From an uncultured Maricaulis sp. (GTDB taxonomy: Bacteria; Pseudomonadota; Alphaproteobacteria; Caulobacterales; Maricaulaceae), in contig OZ244254.1 in NCBI GenBank assembly GCA_965217205.1, positions 2,161,493-2,225,492 on the forward strand: a stretch of DNA of 64,000 nt. Reading direction: 5' to 3'. A model generated the notes under the pieces. That model saw only the letters and a program-made list of their open reading frames with translations. It did no database searches and had not been told where the DNA came from. The translations under genes were made by a program, and so were the position numbers. How positions within the stretch are numbered: position 1 is the stretch's first letter; each line of letters opens with the position of its first letter. Positions 40,129-48,958 of this stretch are shown in pieces.

Positions 40129-41489
40129 CAATGGTCTCCCTCGCCCCGGCTCGGAGCTGTATCCGAGGCCTCACTGACCGCCACCATCGCCGGAGACCCG
40201 CCAGAGCGGATCTGGTCGAGCGCGATCCGGGCCCGGTGCCAGTCCGCCAGCGCGTCAACATAGGCCTGACCGGTCCGGCTGCGCATCTGCACGGTCGCCA
40301 TCAGATCAAAGACGCTGACCTGCATCGCATTATACTGGCGCATCGTCGCATCCATCAGACGCTCACTGGTCGGCAGGGCGTCATTTTCAATATGCGTGAC
40401 ACGCCGCTGAGCCAGCGTCGCCACGGCCTGGGCGGATTCCAGGGCATTGCGGATTTCATAGGCCAAGGCGGCATGGCGATGGATCGCCTGTTCCGCCCGC
40501 AGCTGCGCCGCCGTGCGACGGGCCGATCCGGTATCGAAGACCGGCAGGGCAAATTCCAGCATCCAGCCTCGCGACCAGTCGCCGTCCTCGCGCTCGAACA
40601 CCCCGCCCAGTTCAACATGCTCGAGCAGGCTGGCCCAGTTTTCCAGACCGGCCTCGCCAGCGGCAGCCTCGACATTGGAGCGCGCGGCGGCCAGCGGCAG
40701 GCTGGCGCTCAGCGCCGTTTGCGCATCAAGCGGCGCCAAAGGCCCCTCACCCGCTTCCAGCCGCGTGGGCAGCTGGTCTGCCGACACCGGAACACCCAGC
40801 TGGCGTGCAAGGGCGAGCCGGGCTTGCAGAGCGGCGTGTTCCGCATCCAGATAATCCAGCTCGGCCTGCTGGGCGAAAATCCGCTCACGTTCAAGTTCAA
40901 GCACCGGTGCATTGCCGGCCGCACGCATTTCCTCGGCCACGACCAGGCTTGCCGCCGCCGCGTCACGGATGCGCTGTTGCAAGTCCAGACGCTGGCGGGC
41001 CGCGACTGCCTCGACCCAGGCAAGCCGCGTTGCGGCCACGAAGTCCAGCGTCGCCAATACGGTCTCCGCCTGCCGGACCTCATAGCGATCCTGAGCGACC
41101 GCCGCCCGCCAGGGCGTAGCGGCAATGCCAAGCAGGGAGGCGCGCAGATCAACGTCCCAGATGCGCCCATGACCATCGCCCGGCAAGGTCACGACCTCGA
41201 CGATCGGATTGACCGGACGCGACGCCATCACCTGGTCGGCCCGGGCCAGACCCGCTTCGTTCAGACGTGCCAGCAAACGATGATTATTGGCGAGGGCCAG
41301 AGAGACCGCCATGGCCTCGCTGACAGTTTCACCCTCGCGCGGCAGGACCGGATCGGCGACCGGGCCGGTCCGCTCGGTCAGGCTCGCCATCACTCCGGCT
41401 CGCTCTGCGGCCGGATCGACCGTTGTGCAGGCCGAGACGATGAGAAGGCCGGCCAGCACCGGCAAGACGTTCAAACGCATTCGTGTCAT
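40128..41489 (-). CDS. TolC-family outer-membrane protein (copper-resistance type)
   Basis: Lipobox 'VSAC'; 'LALANN', 'LPVFDTG', 'RQYNAMQVSVFDL'. Confidence 0.87.
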   Translation of the reverse strand: MTRMRLNVLPVLAGLLIVSACTTVDPAAERAGVMASLTERTGPVADPVLPREGETVSEAMAVSLALANNHRLLARLNEAGLARADQVMASRPVNPIVEVVTLPGDGHGRIWDVDLRASLLGIAATPWRAAVAQDRYEVRQAETVLATLDFVAATRLAWVEAVAARQRLDLQQRIRDAAAASLVVAEEMRAAGNAPVLELERERIFAQQAELDYLDAEHAALQARLALARQLGVPVSADQLPTRLEAGEGPLAPLDAQTALSASLPLAAARSNVEAAAGEAGLENWASLLEHVELGGVFEREDGDWSRGWMLEFALPVFDTGSARRTAAQLRAEQAIHRHAALAYEIRNALESAQAVATLAQRRVTHIENDALPTSERLMDATMRQYNAMQVSVFDLMATVQMRSRTGQAYVDALADWHRARIALDQIRSGGSPAMVAVSEASDTAPSRGEGDH

Positions 41490-41503
41490 AGGCTTGCGCT
41501 AGC

Positions 41504-41520
41504 ATACCCCCCGGGGGTAT
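41504..41520. promoter_or_regulatory. CsoR/RcnR-type operator ATACCCCCCGGGGGTAT
   Basis: Palindromic ATAC-C/G tract-GTAT between divergent csoR and the tolC operon. Confidence 0.85.
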
Positions 41521-41528
41521 ACAAGCGC

Positions 41529-41825
41529 ATGTCCGATCTCCACACGCCCCTCACCCCGGCTCGGGAAAAATCACTGTCCCGCCTCAAGCGCATTGAGGGT
41601 CAAGTGCGCGGCATAGGCCGCATGCTGGAAGAGGATCGCTATTGCATTGACGTGCTCACACAATTGTCAGCGGTGAAGTCAGCCCTGGCCGCAGTCGAAG
41701 GCGAAATCCTGCGCGATCATGCCGGCCATTGCGTCGCCCACGCCATCGAAAGCGGCGATGCCGAGGCCCAGAAGGTCAAGATGGACGAACTGATCGGATT
41801 GCTGGCCAAGCATTACCGGCTCTGA
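41529..41825 (+). CDS. csoR: CsoR/RcnR-family metal-sensing repressor
   Basis: 'RLKRIEGQVRGI.RM.EEDRYCIDVLTQ' and 'H..HC' ligands; last 98 aa of ORF 40131..41825. Confidence 0.92.
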   Translation: MSDLHTPLTPAREKSLSRLKRIEGQVRGIGRMLEEDRYCIDVLTQLSAVKSALAAVEGEILRDHAGHCVAHAIESGDAEAQKVKMDELIGLLAKHYRL

Positions 41826-42757
41826 GTCGCCAGCATGCGCCCGGCCAGGGCGCGCCCGGACAGATACGCCGCTTCGACCCGCGGACCAAGACACCAGTCG
41901 CCGGCCAGGCCGATACCGGCCTCACCATCCCACAGACAGGGCGCGTCGAGGGCTTTGAGGACACGGGCATAGCGCCAGCGGTGGACCTGGCTGGACCGAA
42001 TATCGGGCAAGGCGCCAGCCCAGGACTCAAAGGCGTCGTGAAGCAATCGGCTGACGGTATCGGAGGAGTCCTCGAGATGGATTTCGCTCCAGCCCGGCCC
42101 GGCCTGAATCACCCAATTCTCCCCGTCTGCCGCACGGCCCGGCTTGGAGGAGTCGCAGGCGATCCAGGCACAAGGCCCGTCCGAGGCGCGATAGACGCGC
42201 GGGGCGGTCTCCAGCGGTTCGGCGAGCGCGACCATCAGGGTCCAGCAAGGCGCATAGCGCACGACATCAAGGCCATCGGCGAGCGGCGTCACGCCGGCGA
42301 GAAGCGTCGCGGCCTGGGGCGCCGGGATCGCGATGGCGAGGTGATCCGCCTGGACAATCTCATCGCCCTCACACGCAACCGTCCAGCCCGGCGCGTTGCT
42401 CCGAACCGCCTCGACGCGGCAGGCCTTTCGGACGTCGAGCCCCTCAGCCAGCGGGGCGACAATCCGGCTCATGCCCGGGGTTCCGACCCACCAGGTCCGG
42501 TCCACGCCCAATTGCTGCCAGGGCGCGGCCGAGCTCGCGAGCTCGGCTTGATCGAGCCAGGCGGCAAAGCCAGGGTTTCGGGCGGTGATATACTGGGCGC
42601 CATGATCAAAAGCCCCATACTCGCTGCGTCGGGTCGCGAGGCGGCCGCCCAGCCCCCGCCCCTTGTCGAGCACGATGACATCCTGCCCCGCATCGGCGAG
42701 GTGACGGGCACAGGCCAGGCCGGCCATGCCGGCTCCGATCACAATGGTTGAAGTCAC
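41813..42757 (-). CDS. NAD(P)/FAD-dependent oxidoreductase (renalase-like)
   Basis: 'IGAGMAG', 'DKGRGLGGRLATRR', 'FDHGAQY', 'HRWRYA', 'GDWCLG..VE.A..SG'; GTG start 42757. Confidence 0.88.
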   Translation of the reverse strand: MTSTIVIGAGMAGLACARHLADAGQDVIVLDKGRGLGGRLATRRSEYGAFDHGAQYITARNPGFAAWLDQAELASSAAPWQQLGVDRTWWVGTPGMSRIVAPLAEGLDVRKACRVEAVRSNAPGWTVACEGDEIVQADHLAIAIPAPQAATLLAGVTPLADGLDVVRYAPCWTLMVALAEPLETAPRVYRASDGPCAWIACDSSKPGRAADGENWVIQAGPGWSEIHLEDSSDTVSRLLHDAFESWAGALPDIRSSQVHRWRYARVLKALDAPCLWDGEAGIGLAGDWCLGPRVEAAYLSGRALAGRMLATQSR

Positions 42758-42824
42758 GCTACCCGCTCCGCCTGTTCGACCGCTCAGATAGAGCGGCCAT
42801 CCAACAGCGACAAGCCGGGCAAGC

Positions 42825-43673
42825 TTACTGGAAGAAATTGAGAATGACGCGCGGCGCCTGATTGGCGATCTGCAACGCCTGAAGGCCCAATTGCTCGCGC
42901 ACCTGGAGCGCCTGCAGCCTGGCGCTCTCGCGGCCGAGATCCGCGTCGACCAGATTACCGATGCCCGCGCTCGTCGCATCGCTCTGCTTGACCAACAGCG
43001 TCTTCTGGATTTCCAGCGAGCGCAGCCCGACACCCAGGCGCGAGATCGCGGAATTGACGTCCGTCATGGAGCTTTCAAACGCGGTTACATCGGCCGAGGT
43101 CGGCTGGGTGACGACGGTGCTGTTATCGCTCTGCGGCAGGGTCGCGGCGAGGCCGGCGTCAAAGATACCGCCGCCATCGGTGAGGTCTTCGGCCGCGATT
43201 GTCAGGGTCTGATCCGGTCTGGCGCCGATAAGGACGGACAGGTCTTCACCGCCACTTTCCAGCAGGTTGAGGTCATTGAAGCTGGCATTCTCGGCCAACC
43301 GGACCGCCTGATTGCCCAGCTCGATATAGTCCGTCATCAGGCTGCGCCAGCTCTGTTCGTCCAGCGTCGTATCGGTTGCGGCGACAAGTTTGGAATGCAT
43401 CTCCACCATAAGATCGGAAATGCCTTCGGAGGCCGCCAGGGCCGTCTCGACAACGCCGGTTCCCAGATCAATGGATGTGAGGGCGCTGGCCCGGGACTCA
43501 TTGTCCGAGCGCATGACCTGGGCCATCGCCCAGACCGTGCCATTATCACTGGCACTGCCAACCTTGAGCCCCGTCGCGATCCGGTCCTGCACTGCGGCAG
43601 TCTGGCTTTGCAGCATGCTCATATGCTGCAGCGCGGAGTTCACGGAGGCCATGGAATGGACCGAAAAGGTCAT
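42825..43673 (-). CDS. Flagellin (Caulobacter Flj-like), orphan
   Basis: 'RIATGLKVGSASDNG', 'GNLVDADLGRESARLQALQVREQLGLQALQIANQAP'; true start at 43673. Confidence 0.9.
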   Translation of the reverse strand: MTFSVHSMASVNSALQHMSMLQSQTAAVQDRIATGLKVGSASDNGTVWAMAQVMRSDNESRASALTSIDLGTGVVETALAASEGISDLMVEMHSKLVAATDTTLDEQSWRSLMTDYIELGNQAVRLAENASFNDLNLLESGGEDLSVLIGARPDQTLTIAAEDLTDGGGIFDAGLAATLPQSDNSTVVTQPTSADVTAFESSMTDVNSAISRLGVGLRSLEIQKTLLVKQSDATSAGIGNLVDADLGRESARLQALQVREQLGLQALQIANQAPRVILNFFQ

Positions 43674-43754
43674 CCTGCCGACACTCGCCACCATCGTTAC
43701 GGCCCGGCAGGCATTTTTGCCTGTACGGGTCCGGGTTCGAGTTTTCCACGATTG

Positions 43755-43771
43755 GGTTAGCGAGAGGTTGA
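43755..43771 (-). promoter_or_regulatory. Degenerate CtrA box upstream of flagellin (TCAACC-N5-CTAACC)
   Basis: Both halves resemble TTAACC with correct N7 spacing. Confidence 0.4.
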
Positions 43772-43830
43772 CGCCGCGATCCCGCTTTAACCTGCGCATG
43801 CTCCGGCAGCACGGTACAGGGCGGCGCCTG

Positions 43831-44109
43831 TCAGGACACGCCGTTTTGCTTGTTGGCGGTACCCGTCCGGTCGCCACCATCATCGCCCAGCGACTCAAGC
43901 GCCAGGGCCACCCGGCGTAGCAGGGTCGGCGTTTCACCCGACATGCCCTCCTCGACCGCCACGGCTTCTTCATGCGCGGCGTATTGCCAGCGTCGCAGGA
44001 GTTCGATCTTCTGGTTGCGGCTCAGTTCAGCGCTTTCCAGAACAGCCTCCGGCGTTGCAAAAACATCCGCCGGATCGAGAAGCGCGTCTTGATAGTCCGA
44101 TTTCGACAT
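43831..44109 (-). CDS. Small hypothetical protein (92 aa)
   Basis: 'LLDPADVFATPEAVL...KIELLRRWQY..EEGM' pattern; ATG 44109. Confidence 0.72.
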   Translation of the reverse strand: MSKSDYQDALLDPADVFATPEAVLESAELSRNQKIELLRRWQYAAHEEAVAVEEGMSGETPTLLRRVALALESLGDDGGDRTGTANKQNGVS

Positions 44110-44288
44110 CAGCCTAACCCCTCTCATCTGCATGCCGGCAACTGGCCGACATGAAGGAGGAGGATAACGCAGATCGGACGGGAAAGCACGGGAAGTCGGC
44201 AAAAACTTGGTCTCCGCGCCTGTGCCAGCTGTGGTTTTTGCGGTTGTCCGCACTCGCAATTCCGCCTGAATGAATTACCCTTGCAGCC

Positions 44289-46187
44289 ATGAGCCAACCG
44301 CCTGCCGATCCGGACGCGTTCAAGCGTGCCCTGTCCATCACCACCCGCGCCATTGCCGGCGACCGGGAGCTCGACGTGCGCTTTGGTGGCGAGATTGCCG
44401 GCCTGTCGGGCGGGCGCATGGTCCTGCCCAATCCCGGCAGTGAACCCTCGCCGGAGGCGGCAGCTGCCGTGCGCGGCCGGGCCGATGCCCTGGCCCTGCG
44501 CCTGGCCCATCATGACGAGGCCGCCCATGTCCGTGTCCTGCCGCCGGGCGCGACCGCACGCGCTATCTTCCATGCGGCCGAACAGGCCCGCGTCGAGGGT
44601 CTGGGCGCCCGGGACATGCGCGGTATGGCGGGCAATCTCGAAGCGGCCCTGGCCATGCGCTGCAAGCAGAAGGGCTGGCAGCGGGTCGAGGACCGGCAGT
44701 CTGCCCCGATGGAGGAGGCCCTCGCCCTTCTGGTCCGCGAACGCATCACCGGTCAGCCCTCCCCGCGCGAAGCGGATGGCCTGATGAATCTCTGGCGCGA
44801 CCAGATGGAAAGCGTGGCCGGCCTGTCGCTGGATGCCCTGGCCGAAAACGCCGACGACCAGACCGCCTTCGCCGATCTGTTGCGCACGGTCATCCAGGAT
44901 CTCGATCTCTCCGACGAACTCGGCGGCGATCCCGATCAATCGGAAAATCCCGAAGACGAGGATGAAGGCGTCGATCGCGAGGAACGCACCGGCGATGATG
45001 CCGAAGGCGACGACCAGCAGGGTGACCAGCCCGACACGCCTGATGCGGCCGGCACCGCCGGCGATGAAGACGAGATCAATGCCGACACGGATGATGCCGA
45101 GACCCGTGTCGATGCGATGGATGATGAGGGCGCCGCACAAACGGCCATGCGTCCGAACTGGCAGCCGGCCAATGATCCCGATGCCAAGTTCTACAAGGTC
45201 TTCACGCGCGAGTTCGACGAAATCATCCAGGCTTCCGATCTGTGCGAGCCGGACGAACTGGAACGCTTGCGCAAATATCTCGACAATACGCTGAAAGGCC
45301 TCGACCAGGTCGTCGGCCGCCTGGCCAACCGGCTGCAGCGCCGCCTGATGGCGCAGCAGGAACGGGCCTGGAATTTCGACCTCGAGGAAGGCGTGCTGGA
45401 CGGCTCCCGCCTCGCCCGTGTCATCGCCGACCCGACCCTGCCGCTCTCCTACAAGCAGGAGAGCGATACCGAATTCCGCGACACCATCGTCACCCTGGTG
45501 CTGGACAATTCCGGCTCCATGCGCGGTCGGCCGATCATGGTCGCAGCGGCCTGTGCCGACATCCTCGCCCGCACGCTGGAACGCTGCGGCGTGAAGACCG
45601 AGATTCTCGGCTTCACCACCAAGGCCTGGAAGGGCGGGCGCTCGAAGGAAAAATGGCTGGCCGAAGGCAAGCCGCCGCATCCGGGCCGGCTCAATGATCT
45701 GCGCCACATCATCTACAAGGCGGCCGACACACCCTGGCGCCGCGCCCGGGTCAATCTCGGCCTGATGATGCGCGAGGGCCTGTTGAAGGAAAATATCGAT
45801 GGCGAGGCCCTGATGTGGGCCTGGAAACGCATGGCCGCCCGCCCGGAACAGCGCCGCATCATGATGGTGATCTCGGACGGCGCCCCGGTCGATGACGGCA
45901 CCCAATCGGCCAATTCCGCCGGCTATCTGGAACGCCATCTGCGCGAAACCATCGCCATGATCGAAACCCGTTCGGAAGTCGAACTGCTCGCCATCGGCAT
46001 CGGCCATGACGTCACCCGCTGGTATCGCCGCGCGGTGACGATCAATGACGTCGAGCAACTCGGCGGCGCCATGACCGACCAGCTCGCCGCCCTGTTCGAG
46101 GAAGACGGCGGCAAGGGCACCGGCTTTTCCAGCGGTAAGCAGGGCATGAGCCGGACGGACTTCTCCTCAATCGCGGGGCGTGTTTAG
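44289..46187 (+). CDS. cobT: CobT (vWA-domain partner of CobS)
   Basis: Acidic linker, '[10 protein letters not shown]', '[12 protein letters not shown]', '[11 protein letters not shown]', 'ISDGAPVDD'. Confidence 0.95.
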   Translation: MSQPPADPDAFKRALSITTRAIAGDRELDVRFGGEIAGLSGGRMVLPNPGSEPSPEAAAAVRGRADALALRLAHHDEAAHVRVLPPGATARAIFHAAEQARVEGLGARDMRGMAGNLEAALAMRCKQKGWQRVEDRQSAPMEEALALLVRERITGQPSPREADGLMNLWRDQMESVAGLSLDALAENADDQTAFADLLRTVIQDLDLSDELGGDPDQSENPEDEDEGVDREERTGDDAEGDDQQGDQPDTPDAAGTAGDEDEINADTDDAETRVDAMDDEGAAQTAMRPNWQPANDPDAKFYKVFTREFDEIIQASDLCEPDELERLRKYLDNTLKGLDQVVGRLANRLQRRLMAQQERAWNFDLEEGVLDGSRLARVIADPTLPLSYKQESDTEFRDTIVTLVLDNSGSMRGRPIMVAAACADILARTLERCGVKTEILGFTTKAWKGGRSKEKWLAEGKPPHPGRLNDLRHIIYKAADTPWRRARVNLGLMMREGLLKENIDGEALMWAWKRMAARPEQRRIMMVISDGAPVDDGTQSANSAGYLERHLRETIAMIETRSEVELLAIGIGHDVTRWYRRAVTINDVEQLGGAMTDQLAALFEEDGGKGTGFSSGKQGMSRTDFSSIAGRV

Positions 46188-46258
46188 GGGACAGGTATAA
46201 TTAACGCGCGGCTCGCACCGACCTGCGCCACGGCGACGCGTTAATTATACCTGTCCCC
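46187..46258. repeat. Perfect 22-bp inverted repeat GGGGACAGGTATAATTAACGCG / CGCGTTAATTATACCTGTCCCC with a 28-nt loop
   Basis: Same arms as 3374-3446, different loop; begins in the cobT stop codon. Confidence 0.9.
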
Positions 46259-46381
46259 CGTTCAGCGGCCGTCCCGCCCGCCTGGCGACGCAAGTGCGTC
46301 AGACAGGAATTGCCAGCGACGGGCGGGAAGGCGCGCCAGTGGGGCTCCTTTCCTGTGTTTGAAGTGATCGACAGGTTTGCC

Positions 46382-46677
46382 CGCGCCATGACGATTTCGC
46401 CTGGCGGTGTGGGCCGTAGAGGGGTGCGAGGTGCCTTGCCGGTGCCTTGCTATGGAATTTGTGTAGGTGGCGCCGGGGGCACCTCGCACACGGAGATTTA
46501 CTCAGGGCCGTTACCGGCCCCGTCTCGAAACCGATGGGAGAAAGCAGTCGAGCTTTGTGCTGCCGTCCCATCGATGGCCACGCCGGGTCGGGTGGTGGTC
46601 AACTCCACCAAACCGGACGAGCTCCGTCCTCCCCACGCCCCCGGATAACCAATCCGGGCCTCAGGTGACGCGGGAAC
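46382..46677 (+). ncRNA. Putative structured RNA/ssDNA core of the repeat element (copy B)
   Basis: Stems gtgcgaggtgcc/ggcacctcgcac, ccggtgcc/ggcgccgg, cgatggga/tcccatcg, tggtgg/ccacca, ggacg/cgtcc, cccggat/atccggg. Confidence 0.6.
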
Positions 46678-46732
46678 TGGAGGATTATGGGGCGGGCCGG
46701 ATGGGGTGCGGATAAGTTTTATGCCCCAAACA

Positions 46733-46838
46733 CCGTCATCCCGGCGCAGGCCGGGACCCAGCTTGCGATGCAAGTTGTTGCCGGGATTGGCGAAATCGGC
46801 CCTGCGAGACTGGGTCCTGACTTTCGTCAGGATGACGG
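46733..46838. repeat. CGTC-tagged REP-like doublet (copy B)
   Basis: ccgtcatcccggcgcaggccggga ... tcctgactttcgtcaggatgacgg. Confidence 0.85.
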
Positions 46839-46880
46839 GTGTGTGTGGTAATCGCGGGGATAAATGCCCGGTTTTCGAGC

Positions 46881-47000
46881 TTGTCATCCCGGCTAAATGT
46901 CCGGCGAAGTCCGGACGCAGGACGGGGACCTAACTCGTTGCAATCATATAGGTCCCTGCCTTTCGCCCCGCCTGCGCGGGGCGTCCATCAGGGATGACAA
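46881..47000. repeat. REP-like doublet with TTGTCATCCC...GGGATGACAA ends (copy B)
   Basis: 10-bp terminal inverted repeat plus internal hairpins homologous to 2611-2728. Confidence 0.85.
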
Positions 47001-47040
47001 AATCGCTGTGATACTGCGGGGTTTTCCCCCGGCCCGCACC

Positions 47041-47610
47041 CTAATTCCCGAAGCGATAGCCCAGGCGGATGCCGGCATTGTCGAGCGCCTGGTTGCGGCC
47101 GGAGGCGAGGATCTGGCCGTGCGAAATGTGCTCGTAATAAACGCCCACAGACCAGCGGTCATCGAGGTCGTAATCGAGGCCGATGGCGTTGTGGAAGAGG
47201 ATTTCATTGCCCATCAGCGCGCGCGTGGTCGCCAGGCGAATGCGCGTCGGGTCGCCCGGGGGCGAGTTGGGATCAATATCCTCGACACCGTCATTATAGG
47301 ACAGGCCGGAGCGGAATTCGAAATTGAGATTCTCGGCGACCTCGAAATCCCAGGCCAAACCCGTGCCACCGAAATTGGTCAGGCCATTCGTGTTGAAGGA
47401 GCCGTAGAGATAGGGGCGCGGCGACCAGATCGCGTCGAGAAAATCCGGTGAGGCAAAGAGCAGATCGACGGTGATGTTCGGGCCATCTTCGACATGATCG
47501 GCCAGATCATGCGCGGTCACACCGAGGCGGAATTCCATGCCACGATCATCGGCAAGACCGGCTCCGGTGAGCAGGGCAAAAGCGGCGGTGCTCGTCAGGA
47601 TATGTTTCAT
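47041..47610 (-). CDS. Outer-membrane acyloxyacyl hydrolase (lipid A deacylase PagL/LpxR-like family)
   Basis: Signal peptide; 'LDAIWSPRPYL', 'YEHISHG' catalytic-type H-x-S-H, 'NQALDNAGIRLGYRF' barrel end. Confidence 0.75.
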   Translation of the reverse strand: MKHILTSTAAFALLTGAGLADDRGMEFRLGVTAHDLADHVEDGPNITVDLLFASPDFLDAIWSPRPYLYGSFNTNGLTNFGGTGLAWDFEVAENLNFEFRSGLSYNDGVEDIDPNSPPGDPTRIRLATTRALMGNEILFHNAIGLDYDLDDRWSVGVYYEHISHGQILASGRNQALDNAGIRLGYRFGN

Positions 47611-47675
47611 GATGTCCCCTCGAGGTCGCACGCGCGACCGGTCTGTTGTCGGTAGCTCACGGGATAAAGCGTGTC

Positions 47676-48869
47676 TCAACCCGCGTCCAGCGCTTCGCGA
47701 TAGGCCCAGTCGAGCCAGGGACCGAGTGCGGCCAAATCATCACGCTCGACCGTCGGCCCGCACCAGATGCGGATACCCGGCACCGAGGCGCGATGCATAT
47801 TGATGTCGAGCGCGGCATTCTCGCGCTCCAGAAGCGATGAGATTTTCTTCGTCAGATCCCATTGGGCGTCCTCACCCGCCGCAATCACGGCCGGGTCGGT
47901 ATATTTCAAGGTCACCGAAACCGGCGAGCGGTGGTCCGGATTCTCGCACAGATAATCGATCCAGTCGGCCTGGTTGACCCAGGCGTCCAGGGCCGCGAAA
48001 TTCTCTTCGCGACGCCGGATGAGCTCCGGAAGGCCGCCAATGCGCGAGGCCCATTTCAGGGCGGCGAGATAGTCCTCAACCGCCATCAATGACGGCGTGT
48101 TGAGGGTCGAGCCCTCATAGATGCCCATATTGGCCTTGCCCTTGGCGTGCAGCTGCAACAGGCCCGGGATCGGCCAGTCCGGACGCCAGGTGTTGAGGCG
48201 CTCAATGGCGCGCGGGCTCATCACCAGCATGCCGTGCTGGGCTTCGCCGCCCATGCATTTCTGCCAGGAGAAGGTCAGCACATCGATCTTCGACCAGTCG
48301 ATCTCGACCGCGAAGGCGGCGGAGGTCGCATCACACAAGGTCAGCCCCTCACGATCGGCATCAATCCAGTCAAAGCCCGGAATCCAGACCCCGGCGGCCG
48401 TACCGTTCAGCGTGAAGATCGCATCGCGCTTGCCATCATACTGATCAATATCCGGCAGCACGCCTGGCTCGGTCTGGAAGACGCGAAGGTCTTGCAGCTT
48501 GAGCTCGTCGCGGGCGTCATAGGTCCAGCGATTGCCGAATACATCCCAGGAGAAAACATCGGTGCCGCGCTGGCCCAGGAGCGACCACATCGCCGCTTCC
48601 ATGGCGCCGGTATCCGAGCCCGGCATGAGGGCGACATGATAGCCCTCGGGCAATTCGAGCAGGGCATGGGTGCGTTCGATGGCTTCCTTGATCCGGGCGA
48701 CCGGCGCCCCGGCGCGGTGAGTGCGCGACAATGGCGCGTCGGCCAGCGCATCCCAGGACCAGCCCGGATATTTCTTCACCGGCCCGCAGGAAAAGCGCGG
48801 GTCGGCGGGACGCAGGACAGGCTTGGGATTATTGCTGCGGGTCGCGGTGGGCGTATCGGTATCAGCCAA
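47676..48869 (-). CDS. serC: Phosphoserine aminotransferase (alphaproteobacterial type)
   Basis: 'PRFSCGP', 'PGSDTGAME', 'DATSAAFA', 'FSWQK..GGE..HGM', 'RIWCGPTVE'; TTG start inferred. Confidence 0.88.
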   Translation of the reverse strand: MADTDTPTATRSNNPKPVLRPADPRFSCGPVKKYPGWSWDALADAPLSRTHRAGAPVARIKEAIERTHALLELPEGYHVALMPGSDTGAMEAAMWSLLGQRGTDVFSWDVFGNRWTYDARDELKLQDLRVFQTEPGVLPDIDQYDGKRDAIFTLNGTAAGVWIPGFDWIDADREGLTLCDATSAAFAVEIDWSKIDVLTFSWQKCMGGEAQHGMLVMSPRAIERLNTWRPDWPIPGLLQLHAKGKANMGIYEGSTLNTPSLMAVEDYLAALKWASRIGGLPELIRRREENFAALDAWVNQADWIDYLCENPDHRSPVSVTLKYTDPAVIAAGEDAQWDLTKKISSLLERENAALDINMHRASVPGIRIWCGPTVERDDLAALGPWLDWAYREALDAG

Positions 48870-48958
48870 GTCGGTCTCCGGGGAATCGCGGGCGGCGGGA
48901 CAGGTTATGTTGCAGCGCACGTTGACGCCCTGACCGGCGCGGGGCAAGAGCTTTCGCC

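Larger units (their letters stand above)
46187..47000 (+). repeat. Composite non-coding repeat element, copy B (814 bp)
   Basis: Inverted homolog of 2611-3446; lies between convergent cobT and the acyloxyacyl hydrolase gene. Confidence 0.92.

Noticed and set aside
40131-41528. Long N-terminal extension of the csoR ORF (564-aa call)
   Set aside because: Antisense to tolC; only the last 98 aa (from 41529) are CsoR
44170-44230. Possible cobalamin riboswitch upstream of cobT ('gggaaagcacgggaagtcgg')
   Set aside because: Lacks the conserved core (AGGGAA..GGTG, GCCCCCGCAACTGT, GCCACTG, B12 box)
46388-46648. 86-aa ORF (MTISPGGVGRR...) open in both repeat copies (also 2961-3221)
   Set aside because: About 14 nucleotide differences cause 10 amino-acid changes and follow base-pair compensation, so the constraint is on structure rather than protein
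46382-46677. Identity as a group II intron remnant or hammerhead ribozyme
   Set aside because: No recognisable domain V (AGC triad helix) and no CUGANGA...GAAA core in correct geometry
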